A stretch of DNA of 63,748 nucleotides, counting the filler, from Phoronis australis (Eukaryota; Animalia; Phoronida): assembly GCA_002633005.1 (NCBI GenBank). It is 8 parts of 8 records of this genome, joined end to end, with 100 filler letters (N's around TTAATTAATTAA, not from the genome) between each part and the next. Parts side by side here need not be neighbours in the genome. Positions count along the whole stretch, not along the records: positions 1 to 17,431 come from NMRA01000702.1; 7 more parts are not named here. One strand, written 5' to 3'. A program made the translations under genes and the position numbers. A model generated the notes under the pieces. That model was not told the origin of the DNA. It saw only the letters and a list, made by a program, of their open reading frames with translations, and ran no database searches. This document shows, piece by piece, positions 1 to 12,571 of the stretch; the first letter of the stretch is position 1; each line of letters begins with the position of its first letter.

Positions 1-72
1 ACCCCCCCCCCCCGGGTGCGCGCACGTTAGGCCTACTTAATGCAACTGACGGAAACGTCAGCTGCAGATTTC

Positions 73-140
73 GTGGTGGTGTAGTGGTAAAGCACGTGCG
101 CTCTATCCGTCAGGTCGTGAGTTCGAGTCTCTGGTACTTG
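73..140 (+). repeat. tRNA-like (SINE-head/pseudo-tRNA) segment
   Basis: A-box-like TGGTGTAGTGGTAAAGC and B-box-like GAGTTCGAGTC at tRNA spacing, but no intact cloverleaf. Confidence 0.55.
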
Positions 141-1803
141 CAGATTTTTCTCATGTCCAAGACACAAGACATTTGGTTCCTACAGGTTGTTCGATTTTAT
201 ACAGCATAAAAAAATACAAATTTGATTTAAATTTTTTCTTGAATAAAGTTACTGGTGACTTCATGATTCGAAAGAACTAACGGTTTTTTGCGATCATGCT
301 ACAGTTGCATACACGTTGGAGCGTCGTTTTATACGCCGAGCATGGTCCTGCTCAAGGTACAACGTGCTGTACGTACTTTCTGATCCCAGATCGATTCAAC
401 ATAAATTGAGACAATTTTTTCAATAGTTAACTGGTTTTGATCAAAAATTCGTTTCTTGGACGGAACGCAGGCTTGAAACCGCCTTAGAAGGTGTAAACAA
501 AAATAGCACACTATAGCAGCGTTCACGTGTTTGTCAGAGCCCCATAAATTTCTTCTTGCAGTAATATCCACTAATCGCGATTGAGTTCTGTGGACGCAAA
601 AATGTCGGGAAGGGGGCTAGAGTAATTAGCTGCGAAGTCATGCGTGAGGTTCCATTGTCTACGGACCGCATGCCTGTTGTGTCACCATGCAGTCAAGCAT
701 CCTTCGCTGGTTCCCTGCGTGTCGCCAGGTGGTCAGTAGCCCGCGTGCTGGCTAGGCACGTAGGGAACCAGCGCGTCGAGCATCCCAGCAAATTATGGGG
801 CTCTTATCAGTAGGTCTAGAAAAGATGTGTGTGAAACCCATAGCAGTTATTTATGTCAGAGTATAAGTTACAATACTGACATTGGTCGAGAACAGTCTGA
901 CTAAGAGTTTTGAGTAAACAGAGTTCACCTCATGAATAAATTTTCCAGGGATTATTCTTGTGAAATTTGGTGGAATCCCAGCAACTGTGCGTCTCAGTGC
1001 AATGTTCTTCTAGTAAAACGTTGTCTGAAAAACTACTGAGAATATTTTGTGGCAATTTTCCGCATTTGTAATGATCAGTACCGGTACATCAGTACATGTG
1101 TGAGGTTAGAGCTAAAAGTCATCTCAACCTGTGTTCAGGAGTCTGCGCGCTGTGGAAATGCAGTTTCAGGTAGCATTCAATAGTTTTTTGAGCTACTGTT
1201 CAATTCACCTTCCCCCATCGCATTAACACTTGGCGTCTACTGGGTTGGCTCGGTATTTTATAACTGGTGCTGCATGTGAAAGCTACGAATGGCATTTGCT
1301 TGATTTTTGAACATGTTCTGACCGAAAGATTGGCATTTACTGATCCATTAACCCACGTTTTGCTCAGGTGTCGTTTTTCTTGAAGCTTTACCACTTGCAA
1401 ATGAGAAGTTGAAATTTAGCTGGAAATTCAGGTAGCTGACTTATCGACATCCACTTTTCACCTAATTTCTGTAATCTGGAGAGTTTTGACAGTCTAAATG
1501 CACTGTCTCTGAGTTGTACATGCAAATGGTGACTTTGGAATGAAAACTGGTGAGGTGATTTGGTGTACTTTTGTCCTTATTAAGTAGACGGTTGCATTTC
1601 CGGTTGTTGTAAAAGGTGGAAAAGGACTTTTGAATCAGTTTCAAGCACAAGCTCATCAAAAACTGTTGATTGCCACCTTAATAGATAATCCGGCATTGCC
1701 CTGACTAGTTCCGGCTTGCGAGTTATTTCCCATTGCCTGATATACTTGGAGAGGCTTGTAGACCTCGATATCACCCGTATGCAAGAAGTGTGTGCTTTTA
1801 CAG

Positions 1804-4155
1804 GTGAGTACAGCTCTTGGTTTGTGAACACCATCGGCTGGTACGAGTACGCCAAGACTCATCCCGAGGTGTTGGTGCTAAAATATGAAGATATGAGCAA
1901 GGTAGGCGGATGCGCTTTGGATCCCCTAATTACGCGAACCTATGTTCTTGACAAATTCTGGATGTTTTAGTTTTCAAAGAGCCACCCTTTTCCTATCACG
2001 AGCTAAAAGTAACGTAAATCATGAAATTAACCAGTTAGCCAGTAACACAAAACATGCCGCACCGGATTTTCACGTGACATGATAAAAAACATTTCATCAG
2101 TTGAAAAAAGTACAAAAATGTTAAATTGCAGGTATGAACCCGAAAAGGTGATCCAGTAGTCTTGTGCTTTAAGCTGTTGGTCTCAATAAATGGTAGAGAG
2201 GATTTATGTCTTAGGATCACACTCAGTTGTAAGTTGTCTTTCTTTGTGAACATTCTCTAAAAAGCGTTGCATGGAGATATCTTCAAAATTACGAGGATAC
2301 CAATTAGAAAGTAGGATATGGAGAATATTTCTGACGATCATTCCCCAAGCTCTGTAGTTTAGATAGTTAAATAGGATATTCCATGATACCCAGGTTGGCC
2401 GTGTATTTAAACCTGTTCGCAAACTTTCATCATTTATTATTGAGTAACCTTAAATTACCTATCTCTGTATTAGAAATATCGGGTGCTATACCATAATTAT
2501 ATTGGGCTTACTCAAAGAGTGATCGACATGATACCGCTCAGTCAGTTATAACGCGCTCAGACATTGTTCAAAGACTGGTCGGTCAGCTCATGATGTTGGG
2601 GCTATAGACCATTCTTGATACTTATGAGTGATTGACATAATGCCAAAACATGGTTTGAACAGTATACTTCTAATACACGAATCTCGTCTGGCTGGACCAG
2701 CCGCTAGAGTTGAGTCCGTTGAACCTAACTGGTAACAGTTCAAGGGGTACGTTCATCCATGGCTCCGAATAAGCTTTCAGTTCATGCCAGTAGTCATTTA
2801 TTGAAACGCATTTAAAATATCAACCAATGTTAAATCAATAGCAAACGTCTCATTAAAAATACCGTAACTGGCATGAAAACAATGGCGCTACTTTCTATCA
2901 TTCTCAAGCTAAATTTGTAGAGCGATTGCATGAGGGGCTGGGGGAGGCTATACCCCACCCCCTTTATTTCAGTGCTGCTCTGACCATGCTCTATGGTCTA
3001 TGAAGCGCCAAAGTAGGAAGCGCCAAAGGATTCTTAAACGAGTAACTTTTTGCGCGTTGAAATGTGTTAATCAAGGCGTAGTTTTGCTTAGCCTACACGT
3101 ATGATCGTTTAAGAAATAAAAGTGAGCGTAGATTAAACGAAAGCACGCATAAATTAAGCAAAATTGTGCGTAGAATAAGCAAAATTTCACGTATAAAGGA
3201 AAACCACACGTAAAATAAGCAAATGTACGCGTAGGTTAAGCAAAAGTACACGTAGATTAAGCACATTTCAACGCGTAAAAATTTACTCGTTTAAGAACTC
3301 TTTGGCGCTTCATAAGGTGAGAATCGGGTCACAAGCAAGCCTAGAGTTACAAAAACTTTCGTTCCGGGCCTTCTAGTGATATAGGTTTTATGTTTATTTG
3401 ACTGCAAGTAGTTGGGGTTTAGTGGACTTTCTAGCGCGATTCCTAGCTGTGCAGCTCCCGAATCAAACAAAATCACCAGCTGACAATTTGAATAAATCCT
3501 TGCACCCACTAGCCGGATTTGCTATTCAACAGCGGAAAACGAGAAACGAGGAACACAAGATCGCATTCCCGATATGACGGTAATAACCCTGGTCATCCTC
3601 ATTATTTCTGTGAATTTAATGACAGTCTTCGCTCGATCGTTTGCTGTGAGAACAATTCTTGTCATGTTTTACATAGAAGAAAACAGGAAAAGTTCATCAA
3701 AATAACGAGATTATGTATCGAAAACCTGTTTTGACCGACACATTTGGTGCATGAACTTCCTTATGTGCTACCGATTGGAATGTAAGCAATATCTCGTTCT
3801 GTTCAAGCTCTGTTTCGGAGAGAAATTAATACTCTTGAGTTCTATAATAAGAATGAACTATTACATCGCACAGTCACGGAGAAACTTATATTCGTCAAGA
3901 ATACTTAACAATTAACAACACCAAACTCAATATTCACTGGATACCACTCAGACTCTTTCAACCTGTATCCATGGTAATTTGTTGTTTGTATTCTCTTGTG
4001 CATTGCCGTACTCACCTGAAGATATGCTTTAGTCAATAAAGCGAAACTTCGTGTTTAAAAATGAATTTCTTCGCCCTTGCGGTTATTTCAAAACATTTAA
4101 CACTAATTTGGCCAAAGCCTGATGTTGTTATAATTGTTGTTGTTGTTGCTGCTGC

Positions 4156-4186
<31 letters not shown>

Positions 4187-7100
4187 ATTGTTATGGTTGT
4201 TGTTGTTGCCGTTTTATTGTTGTTATCATTTATGTCTCCTTCAGGATCTTCCCGCTGTCGTGCGGTTGATCGCCGATCATATTGGTCACTCTGTGTCTGA
4301 TGAGCTGGTTGAGAAAATATCACACCAGTGTGACTTCAAAATCATGAAACAGCGGAAGAAGCATANACCAGTGTGACTTCAAAATCATGAAACAGCGGAA
4401 GAAGCATACTGAAATCAAGGAGTGGTTTAAGGAAGAAGACGCCACGTTCTATAGGAAAGGTATGCCTCTCTATGTCTGTTTAGTGTTGGGCCTGAGACAT
4501 CAGCACAGAGTTCCAATAGAAGATTTTGACGAGGAATGGTTGCTGCTAGCTCCGGTCCTTCAGCTGATGGGACAGGAACTTCACTTGTTACCAAAACGAC
4601 CAAAGCAAGCGAGTGGTACTGATATTTAGTAACCAGCTTGCCTAATTTCTGATGTGACCGTGTAATCGGTTGATGAATATTCACTTGAACTGATTCATAA
4701 AGTTCTCAGTTACCCAGTGGTGGATGTTCATGTTTTTTACCCGCCCCACTCCTCCTGGCGGCTTATCTTTTAGGTTATTGCGACCATCCCTTGGTTATCA
4801 TCGTCCATAGACCTACTGTTCACTTATGAACCCCTGCTATCTGTTAGGAACAAACGTTTGATTTAGACTACTTCCTGTTACAAAATTGATCTCAGCATGG
4901 TGAGTTCCTTACTCAGATTACAAATTATTTCTGAGCTTGAGAAAGTTGACAGAACGTTGTTGCTTCAGACCATGCCCTATAGCTTGTCTCGATGGGTTTG
5001 TTTCACTTGCAAAGGCAATACGATCGTCAGAGGTATTACATGCGATTTATTGTACCCAAGTTGAATTCAAACAAGTTATTAAAAAGCGATGAATTTGCTT
5101 TAGAAGCGCAAATACATCTGTGAAGAAATTTGACATTCTTAACGGCAGGGCCTCGGTTATAATCTTCGCAAGGGTCTAACGGCAGGGCCTCGGTTATAAT
5201 CTTCGCAAGGGTCTAACGGCAGGGCCTCGGGTATAATCTTCGCAAGGGTCTAATCACAAGCGTACACAGAAAGATTGACAAGTCCATATCCAACGTTTCG
5301 GTTTATTACAAATAAATCATATTCACGGAAAAATAGTACGACAGCATCAAATCAAACAAATCAAAACTCAGAGGGTATATGGTCATACTGCTCAGGATCA
5401 CTTCGAAATGCATAGTGAGAGAAATATGCCGGGAATAGGACAATACGCTCAACATGTTTCTCCCTGATGTGAATAGTCTCCTTTATAAGCAATCTCATAA
5501 AATGGTTGTCTGAGTCAAGATCACTCAAATCACAATAAGCAATATTATGACCAGTCTCTAATGAATGTTTTAGGACAACACTATGGTAATCCTTAAAATG
5601 TTCTTTCATTCTGTTACAAAATTCTGTTTGTTATACCAATGTAAAATTGTTCACAGTCATTGAATCTTGTATACCACATGACTTTGCAAAGTAGACAACG
5701 GTGATTTTAAGTTTGGATAGTGAATCAAGTCTATTACTAGGCTTGAATATGGTTAACAATTTAACACGAGGTGCCCAACTGTCCATTCAAAATAGTACTG
5801 TTGTTACCCAAGTGTGGTAGATTCAAAAACGGTTTTTGTTGATCACGGTTGTCAATAACAGATATAAAGACATACCTATTGCGTAATAATCTACCAACAC
5901 AGAACTTGAAAAATAGTTTATGATAGTTATTTCTCACCTGAACATTTTCAAGGTGTAATTTTTGCCTCAAAATCGAATTATTTACGGCATTTCCCGTTCT
6001 ACTTGAACACAAGCTTGAGATTAGTCCATATGTGCCTGAGTATGTCATGGATTACGTCGATGACTGAGTAATCCTGGTTTGTACTTGACGACCCCAGACC
6101 CTAGCATTTAAGTTATAGAAACTTGCGTGCGTAAACCATATGTATTCTAGTTATAAACACTTCCATGCGTAAATCATACGCACTCGAGCATAGAATTATA
6201 GACACTTATCTTGCAATACAAAAGTAGAACGGAAAATTTCATAAACAATTTCGAATATAAAGATTAGAACCCCGAGCTTATAGTAGGATTTATAGCTGGC
6301 GGATGCATTTTTATGTGCCCACATATTTGTATGTGGATCCATATTGCCGTCATCTCTGTCTGGGCGTCCGGCGTCCGTCGTCTGGCGTCCGCAGCTGTGT
6401 CTCAGTCCTAAAGCCCTGACAGGATCTTGATGAGATTAGGCAGATATGTTCCTATGAATCTGACGACGGATGACGACGAACTTCGGACCTCTCCGACTAC
6501 TGGTGTGCCCCAGTGGCGATTTTAATTTTTTACGTTTACCTATGTATCTTCGGAGGTCCTCAACGGATTTTCATAAAATTTGGCAGTTAGGCATGTATTA
6601 GTGGGATGACGCTATCTTCCCTTTTTACACTGGATTTGAGATACTTTGCACCACATAGTGGCCATTTTTACTGTTTTCGAGTCTGTTTTTGGCGTCCGCC
6701 CCTGTATTAACCAAACTGCTGTAAGGATTGGCGTATATTTTCCGACGACCCGGAGTACTGTGGCGCCCCCTAGTGACAATTTTAACGCCCATGGCTGTCT
6801 CCCCTAAACAGTGCTGTAGTGCTAAATTAGAGGTAAGTAGGCACCCAAAGCCCACCGTATCACCTTAAGCACTGAACGTAACTTACGGTGCGTAGGCGCT
6901 ACGTTCAAATGCCAAGAGGTGGTTGGCTGCGCCTACGTGCGCCTACGTGCGCCTACGCCCCACTAGAGCACTGCCCCTAAACCCTCTGCAGGATCCTTAT
7001 TAAATTTAGCAAGCTTTCGACATACACTGTGCTCCCTAGTGGCAATTTTATTTTTTCGTTTTCCTGTTTTTCTGAAGCTGTTTATCGGATTTTTATGAAA

Positions 7101-7790
7101 TTTGGTAAATAGCTTCCCATTGAAACGATGGATAAGTTCGACGTATTGTGCTCCATCTGGTGGACATTTTTCCTGTTTTTCAGTCTGTTTTAACCGCGCC
7201 CCTCTATCAACCAAACCACTCCCACTCTAAAGATGACTGTGAAAATAACCATATATGCTCTTTGTGTGAAGAGGATGATTGACGATGATTTTCTGACGAC
7301 TTCAACTACTATGGCGCTCCCTAGTGGCAGTTCTGCTTTTTTGCGATTATCTCGCGGTTTCTCAGACAACTCCTTGACGGATTTGTATGAAATTTGGTAA
7401 ATACCTTTGATAACTACATACCAGTTTTTGGATGGATTCGACGTATTTTGCGCCCTCCAGCGGCCATGTTTATGATACAAATAAAGACCACTAGAAGCAC
7501 ACCGCTGGCGGTGCATTTGTGGGCGCATTTCAACGCTCCGCGTTGCTCGTGTTATTCCCGCCATGGTAGGTGACGCAAGCCAGATAATAACAATTGCAAA
7601 TTATGTGAACTTAGTGCCCCGATTTTTAAGTACGATTTAGTTACTTGTAGTCTAATGTATTTACTTTACAGGCAAAGTTGGAGATTGGAAGAACTGGTTT
7701 ACAGTGACGCAAAATGAAGAATTTGACAGAGTCTTCGAGAACGAAATGCGACATACAGACTTGGAAATAGAATTTCAAATTCCATCTTAA
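1804..7790 (+). CDS. Cytosolic sulfotransferase (SULT1-like), last three exons: 1804-1901, 4245-4459, 7672-7790; the 5' exons are outside the window
   Basis: GT-AG exons in compatible phases encode EYSSWF...LKYEDMSK / [14 protein letters not shown]...FYRK / [18 protein letters not shown]...stop. This contains the RKGxxGDWKNxFT PAPS-binding motif and the KxxxTVxxxE dimerisation motif. Exon 2 holds a 42-bp duplication around an N at 4366 (likely assembly artefact). Confidence 0.92.
3001..3312. mobile_element. MITE with ~55-bp imperfect TIRs, flanked by TA
   Basis: TGAAGCGCCAAAG..TTCTTAAACGAGTAA..CGCGTTGAAATGTG is mirrored at ~3262-3312; the interior has degenerate ACGTAGATTAAGCAAA-type subrepeats. 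Confidence 0.7.
4122..4224. repeat. (GTT)n microsatellite just upstream of the SULT exon acceptor
   Basis: Direct reading; it explains the spurious poly-V/L/T ORFs. Confidence 0.95.
5140..5253. repeat. 37-bp tandem repeat x3
   Basis: TAACGGCAGGGCCTCGGTTATAATCTTCGCAAGGGTC at 5140, 5177 and 5214 (one mismatch in the third copy). Confidence 0.95.
5286..5970 (-). mobile_element. Decayed, 5'-truncated Penelope-like retroelement (RT C-terminus/GIY-YIG endonuclease)
   Basis: Broken frames give [51 protein letters not shown], the typical PLE GIY-YIG region. A hammerhead-like motif lies 3' of the ORF. Confidence 0.8.
6308..7553 (+). mobile_element. Non-autonomous Helentron-associated (HINE/DINE-1-like) element
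   Basis: T-rich 5' edge; subterminal inverted repeat ATGTGCCCACA (6313) / TGTGGGCGCAT (7518); CGTC-type microsatellite near the 5' end; repeated GGATTT..ATGAAATTTGG core units; 3' hairpin CAACGC-TCC-GCGTTG then CTCGTGTT. Confidence 0.65.
6809..6973. mobile_element. hAT-type MITE nested in the HINE-like element
   Basis: TIR CAGTGCTGTAGTG / CACTAGAGCACTG (12/13) with a perfect 8-bp TSD CCCCTAAA (6801-6808, 6974-6981). Confidence 0.85.
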
Positions 7791-7804
7791 AATAGGATAA
7801 ACCT

Positions 7805-8040
7805 TGCGTCTTAGGTTAAAAACATGGATCTACGGGCGTTGAGTAAAGTTCACCCCTGTTATAAGGAGGGTCTAGTAAATACGCACTGCGTCCTAGGTTA
7901 AAAACATGGAGCTCTAGTACAAGCGTTGAGTAAAATAGACATCTGCACATCTGTTATAACGAGAGTCTGTCAAAAACACACTGCGTCCTAGGTTATGAAC
8001 GTGGAGATACGTGCGACGAGTAAAGTACACACCTGTTAAA
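7805..8040. repeat. Degenerate ~82-95-bp tandem repeat (about 3 units) just after the SULT stop codon
   Basis: TGCGTC(C/T)TAGGTTA at 7805, 7887 and 7982, each followed by GAGTAAA..CTGTTA. Confidence 0.7.
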
Positions 8041-8385
8041 AGGTCCTTGGTTGCGTGGAGCTAGTTTCCTGGAAAGGTTTATGAGAATGGTATTGGAAAG
8101 TTCCATAGAAATCCAGTCAACAATTGCACATATTTGACGTTCCCAAGTTAGCCAAATCACTATTATTAGAGAGTTGGAAGGAACTGAAATCAAACTAGTA
8201 AAAACAAATCAAAGTTAGCCAAATGTGGACATTTTTCAGAGTCCCACCTTATCTTGAAAAGGGATTGGCGGTGACAAAAGTGATTTTCTGAGATGGTCTC
8301 AGCGTGGATTCGAACCCGCAACCGCCGTGGTTGCTGTCAACCGCTGCGCCGGCGGAGATAAATCTTATTAGTATTGGTTAGCTAA

Positions 8386-8765
8386 AGGAGCATGCCACCC
8401 AAAAAACAACCTATTTTGTATCAATTTAGATCAAGGAGCTCTACTCGATAACGGCACGTTCGGTTGCGTTACCTGACACCTGACGGCAGACGAAGGTGTT
8501 GGAAGTTATCCAATGACGTCATTGGTTTCACACGCAGTCTGTTCAGCAGTTCAAAACACGGGTTACTGGTGTCAGCTTATCGGGCAAGCAAGAACGATGT
8601 ACCGCAATATAGCGGCATTAACTTTGCAGACGAACCACTGACGTCGCTGCGTCGTGTCTCACCTTCCTCACAGGTTAACGCGACACCTCTCGGCAAGGTG
8701 AGGTCGACCGTATAAGACCGATTAAGATGGTAAAAAAGACTAATTAAATGGGGTGGCATTCTCCT
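8386..8765. mobile_element. MITE with AGG termini and a TTAA-like target (Kolobok-like)
   Basis: CTAA|AGGAGCATGCCACCC ... GGGTGGCATTCTCCT|TTAA. Confidence 0.6.
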
Positions 8766-11700
8766 TTAACTGGTAAAGTCACCGGCTGCGATTTCAGCGA
8801 ATGTACGGCAGACAACGGCGAGAATTTGTAATGAAATCACACTTCTGGAAAAAGCTTCTGTTCCATCCAACAATGTTCCTAAAATGCGTTTTTGCGACCA
8901 TAAAACCGATAGTGACCCTTTAAAGATGTTATGCTCCAGTGTTGATAGCACTGCTCCCGAGCTCTTAAGCAAACGCAGTGTTCCAAATGAGATCGGGGGC
9001 ACTGTTTACATACGGGCCATATGGGCATTTAGGAAGTGCAGGGTGCCCCCAATGCTCCCCCTCTTTTTATCCAAATATAGCGAATTGTGTCCTTTAATTG
9101 CCATCAAGGTCATGGCCACTTGGAGGAAATAACACTAACAAGATTTTAGAATACTTCTAGACTTCAACTATCCTTTACTACAGCGCCACCTATGGAGAAA
9201 CCCTTGCACTGAAAGACAGTGCAGTGTTCTAGCAAGAGTTAAGTTGCGCGTGCGCTTCCAAGCTGCCGCGCTGATAAAAAGTTGGTTAGCGTAAGAAGCA
9301 TTTGATGATTGGAGAAAGAAAAATGTCGACAGTGTGCTTTGTTACCGATACTAAGCCCGTACCCAGCATGTGTCTTGGGGAGGTGCGATGCTGAAAGAAG
9401 GGGACCAAACCCGGACTGCATGAGTTGACAAAGTCGTCGATGTAAAAAATTACCCTCGTCACATGAAAATACCCATACTTCTCGCGACTTTAGGATGTGT
9501 TTTAATATGCATGGTCAAACTATCTATCACTGGAAATGAACAAAAAAGGAAAAATAGTTCTTTTGTGGATAGTGGTAGTGTTCAAGGTAGTTGTGAGGGG
9601 TCTTAGCACTCGTTTTACAGGGCCGTAGGAAGCGGGGGGGGGGCGGGGGTGGGGGGCACGGGCCCTCCCCCAAAAAATTTCAGGCGTCTCATTTAAACCG
9701 TGGCAACCGACACACGCGTGGGGCGGGGACAGTAGAGAAAAGAAAGACTTCTAAATGCGGATAAGCGAGAAAATTCAATAGAACATTTAACAACTCCGTA
9801 TCAATGCATGGTTTACCTTTGAGGACACTGGCCAGGACATTGTTGTTGGGGTCTCCGCTTTCGCAGCACAGGTCGTCTACGCGCACTTGAAAACGTACAT
9901 GTAATGATTCATGAATATATTTGGAAAAAAAGAAAAAAGGAAGGCGAAGCTTTTGCGGAGCGTATTACATGTAATTTACTTGATTTTTAAATTCAATAAG
10001 TCAAAATTTTGCGACTTCAAAACCATATTTTTCCAGAGGCCCCTCTCTGGCAAGGGATAACGGAGACAACTGTCGTTTTTTATTCGAATTGCTGCACATT
10101 TTTGATTTTTCAAAATAAAAATATTTTCATATTGAGAGGCCCCACCCTTGAAAGAGGCCATTGATGACATTCAAGTGGCCACCCTTTTCATGTTTTTATT
10201 GACAAAGTCTTAGGGGTCCGCTTACTGATAGAGGCCATTTACTACATAAGCCAACACTACGTGTATTATCTTACTCGTATGGAGTACATTTGCCTGCGCG
10301 AAAGTAGTTCACTTCTATCCTTTTGCTCGGCAGACGGCGCTTTTGTAAACATGGTGGCTCGCGATTTCTGATTTAGGCAGTAGGCCTATCGCGTTTCTGA
10401 ATCAATGTAAGTGTTACTGAACAACTGTTGTAAATGCCGACTCAGATCGATTTCCGAACTGAGAATCTAACTGGGGCCAGTCATGTACGCCTGTACGGTT
10501 GTACTTGCATAAAATGTGAGTGAAAAGGTTGGTGACATCACTGTCATCACTGTGACTGTGGCCGCTTGGACTTCGACTTCAGAGTTCAGTCTTATCACAC
10601 CTAAGTACTTTGGAAACAAGTCGGATATAGTGTTTTCTGGTTTTGAGAATGACGCTATCAACATGCTGCAATATTAACTTCAGTGCAGATTCACTAGTTA
10701 TAGCTCACAGAGTCAGACTGTTAGTGTTAGCCAGATGAAACACACCACTGACAGCAAATGTCTTGACTTGACTAGGCGAATACATGTGTTGTTGGTCACT
10801 TTATACTAGGGAAAAATGGGAAACGAACAACAGGACAGGGACATGGTCGAAAAAAGTTGATGAATGTAACAATTGAATAACATTCCTATTATTCAGTGGA
10901 TTAGACAGTGACCACCGTCTCTAACTGGCATTTCGTTTTGTTCAAAACTCACACAGCTGCAGAAATCAGCAAGAAATTGGATGTCACCAATCTCATTGCT
11001 CAGTCTTAAAGTCCTTCTCTCAAACTGCCCATATGGTTCCATTATCCGAAAATACTTACTACATAAAAACTTATTTTCGACACCCTTTCTTTATATTCTT
11101 TTCGCCTTTCTTGCCAAAAGCATTTTTAACAGTATTTGACCCTTCTCTGTGAGCGTATAATTACCGGCTGTCATCGGTTATTTCCGTACCCACATTTCCG
11201 GGTCATCAGTTCAGGAACTTGTCCTGAAAGTTGCCATTTTTCCTTGTAACTGAATTTGCTATCGCTTGCTCGAAAAGTCTTCATTATTCTATTTTATTAG
11301 CAATATCACGTGATTCGTTTGCGTGTGTACTGTATTTATAGTTTGTAGTTAGTGGTCGTTGAATTTTTTGGAATGTTACGCGTACTTATTATGTTAAAAT
11401 AGCATTGGTGTTTAGTTCCTTACGTAGGCCGGTCGAACCTAGGAAATGTACTTTGCTATCATCGGCAAGTCAGTGCATTCTACTCAGTAAAAATAGAAAA
11501 AGTTTCAAAATCGGGGCAAGCAGTGTAAAGTTATTGCAAGTTATGTGGCGAAATTTGGGTCACTTTGTTTGGATCGCGTCGGCCATATTGAAGGAAAGCG
11601 GGATAAGTTACGGTGAAATTTAGTTAGACATATCTTTACTTAATATTCTGCACTACTCAACAGTGTTCACCAAATTTCAGCCTCGCAGTTGTTACTTATT

Positions 11701-12325
11701 AAGTGATAAATGTGCTCACAATTCCCGTTGGACTTCGTCTCATTTCTGGCAGCACCGACAACATGGCGAGTTTTGCTGAACTGAAAGGCTTGTTCAATCG
11801 ACTACTTTGTAATTTGTGAAGATTTAATGTTGATACATTTTGACAAACATTGCTACAAAAAAGGAACTTTGTTCAATTTTCGTGTTTTTTGTGCAAAATA
11901 TAAGATATATTCGAATTATTTTGCTGTGAATTTCCCATTCAGGTGATCTTACACTAAGCTAAAAAAATCGTTGAAATAATTTTGAAATGGTTTTTTGTTT
12001 GACTGTCAACTGCTGTTCAAGGTTTGATTTGGTGTCACAAAATGATTCATATTTTCTAAATTTTAAGTCTCAATTGCTTTCAACTCGTGTTTTGTAGCTT
12101 ATTGCTTCTTAATTCAGGTTATTAAGTCAACAAAATGAATAATCTTGATTTGGGAAATAAGCTATTTTGGATTGTGAAGCTTGAAGCCTATAATTCTTGT
12201 TCCTTGCAACTTCATATATTTTTAATCATGCTTGTCAAATTCTGGTGTAAGGAAACACTATTTTGGTCACCATAGTAATAGTTACATGTAAGTCCACTTT
12301 CATAACATCGAAACTTTTGCTGTTG

Positions 12326-12571
12326 CATGCGCGCACCCAGGGGGCTCGAGGGGCTCGAATGAGACCCCATTTGGCGAAGTGGGCAAAAAGGTCAGCCCTC
12401 GAGAGACAAAAAGCCCGAGAAAATGGGAGAAAAGTTCACTAAAGAAGCGCAAACGCGCAATTCACAGTGGTGCTCCCGTTCTTTTTTTAGTCCGCCCACT
12501 CTTTTTTTTAGCAAAAGGCCCACATCGCCGGGAATTCGAGCCCCCCATATTGAAGGCTGGGTGCGCGCATG
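12326..12571. mobile_element. MITE with 14-bp TIR and 5-bp TSD
   Basis: CATGCGCGCACCCA / TGGGTGCGCGCATG, flanked on both sides by TGTTG. Confidence 0.8.

Noticed and set aside
4033-4376. Poly-T/V/L ORFs that look like membrane or mucin proteins
   Set aside because: Translations of the (GTT)n microsatellite; only 4245 onward is a real SULT exon
5140-5253. 37-bp repeats of CRISPR-like length
   Set aside because: Head-to-tail with no spacers, no cas genes, and a eukaryotic context
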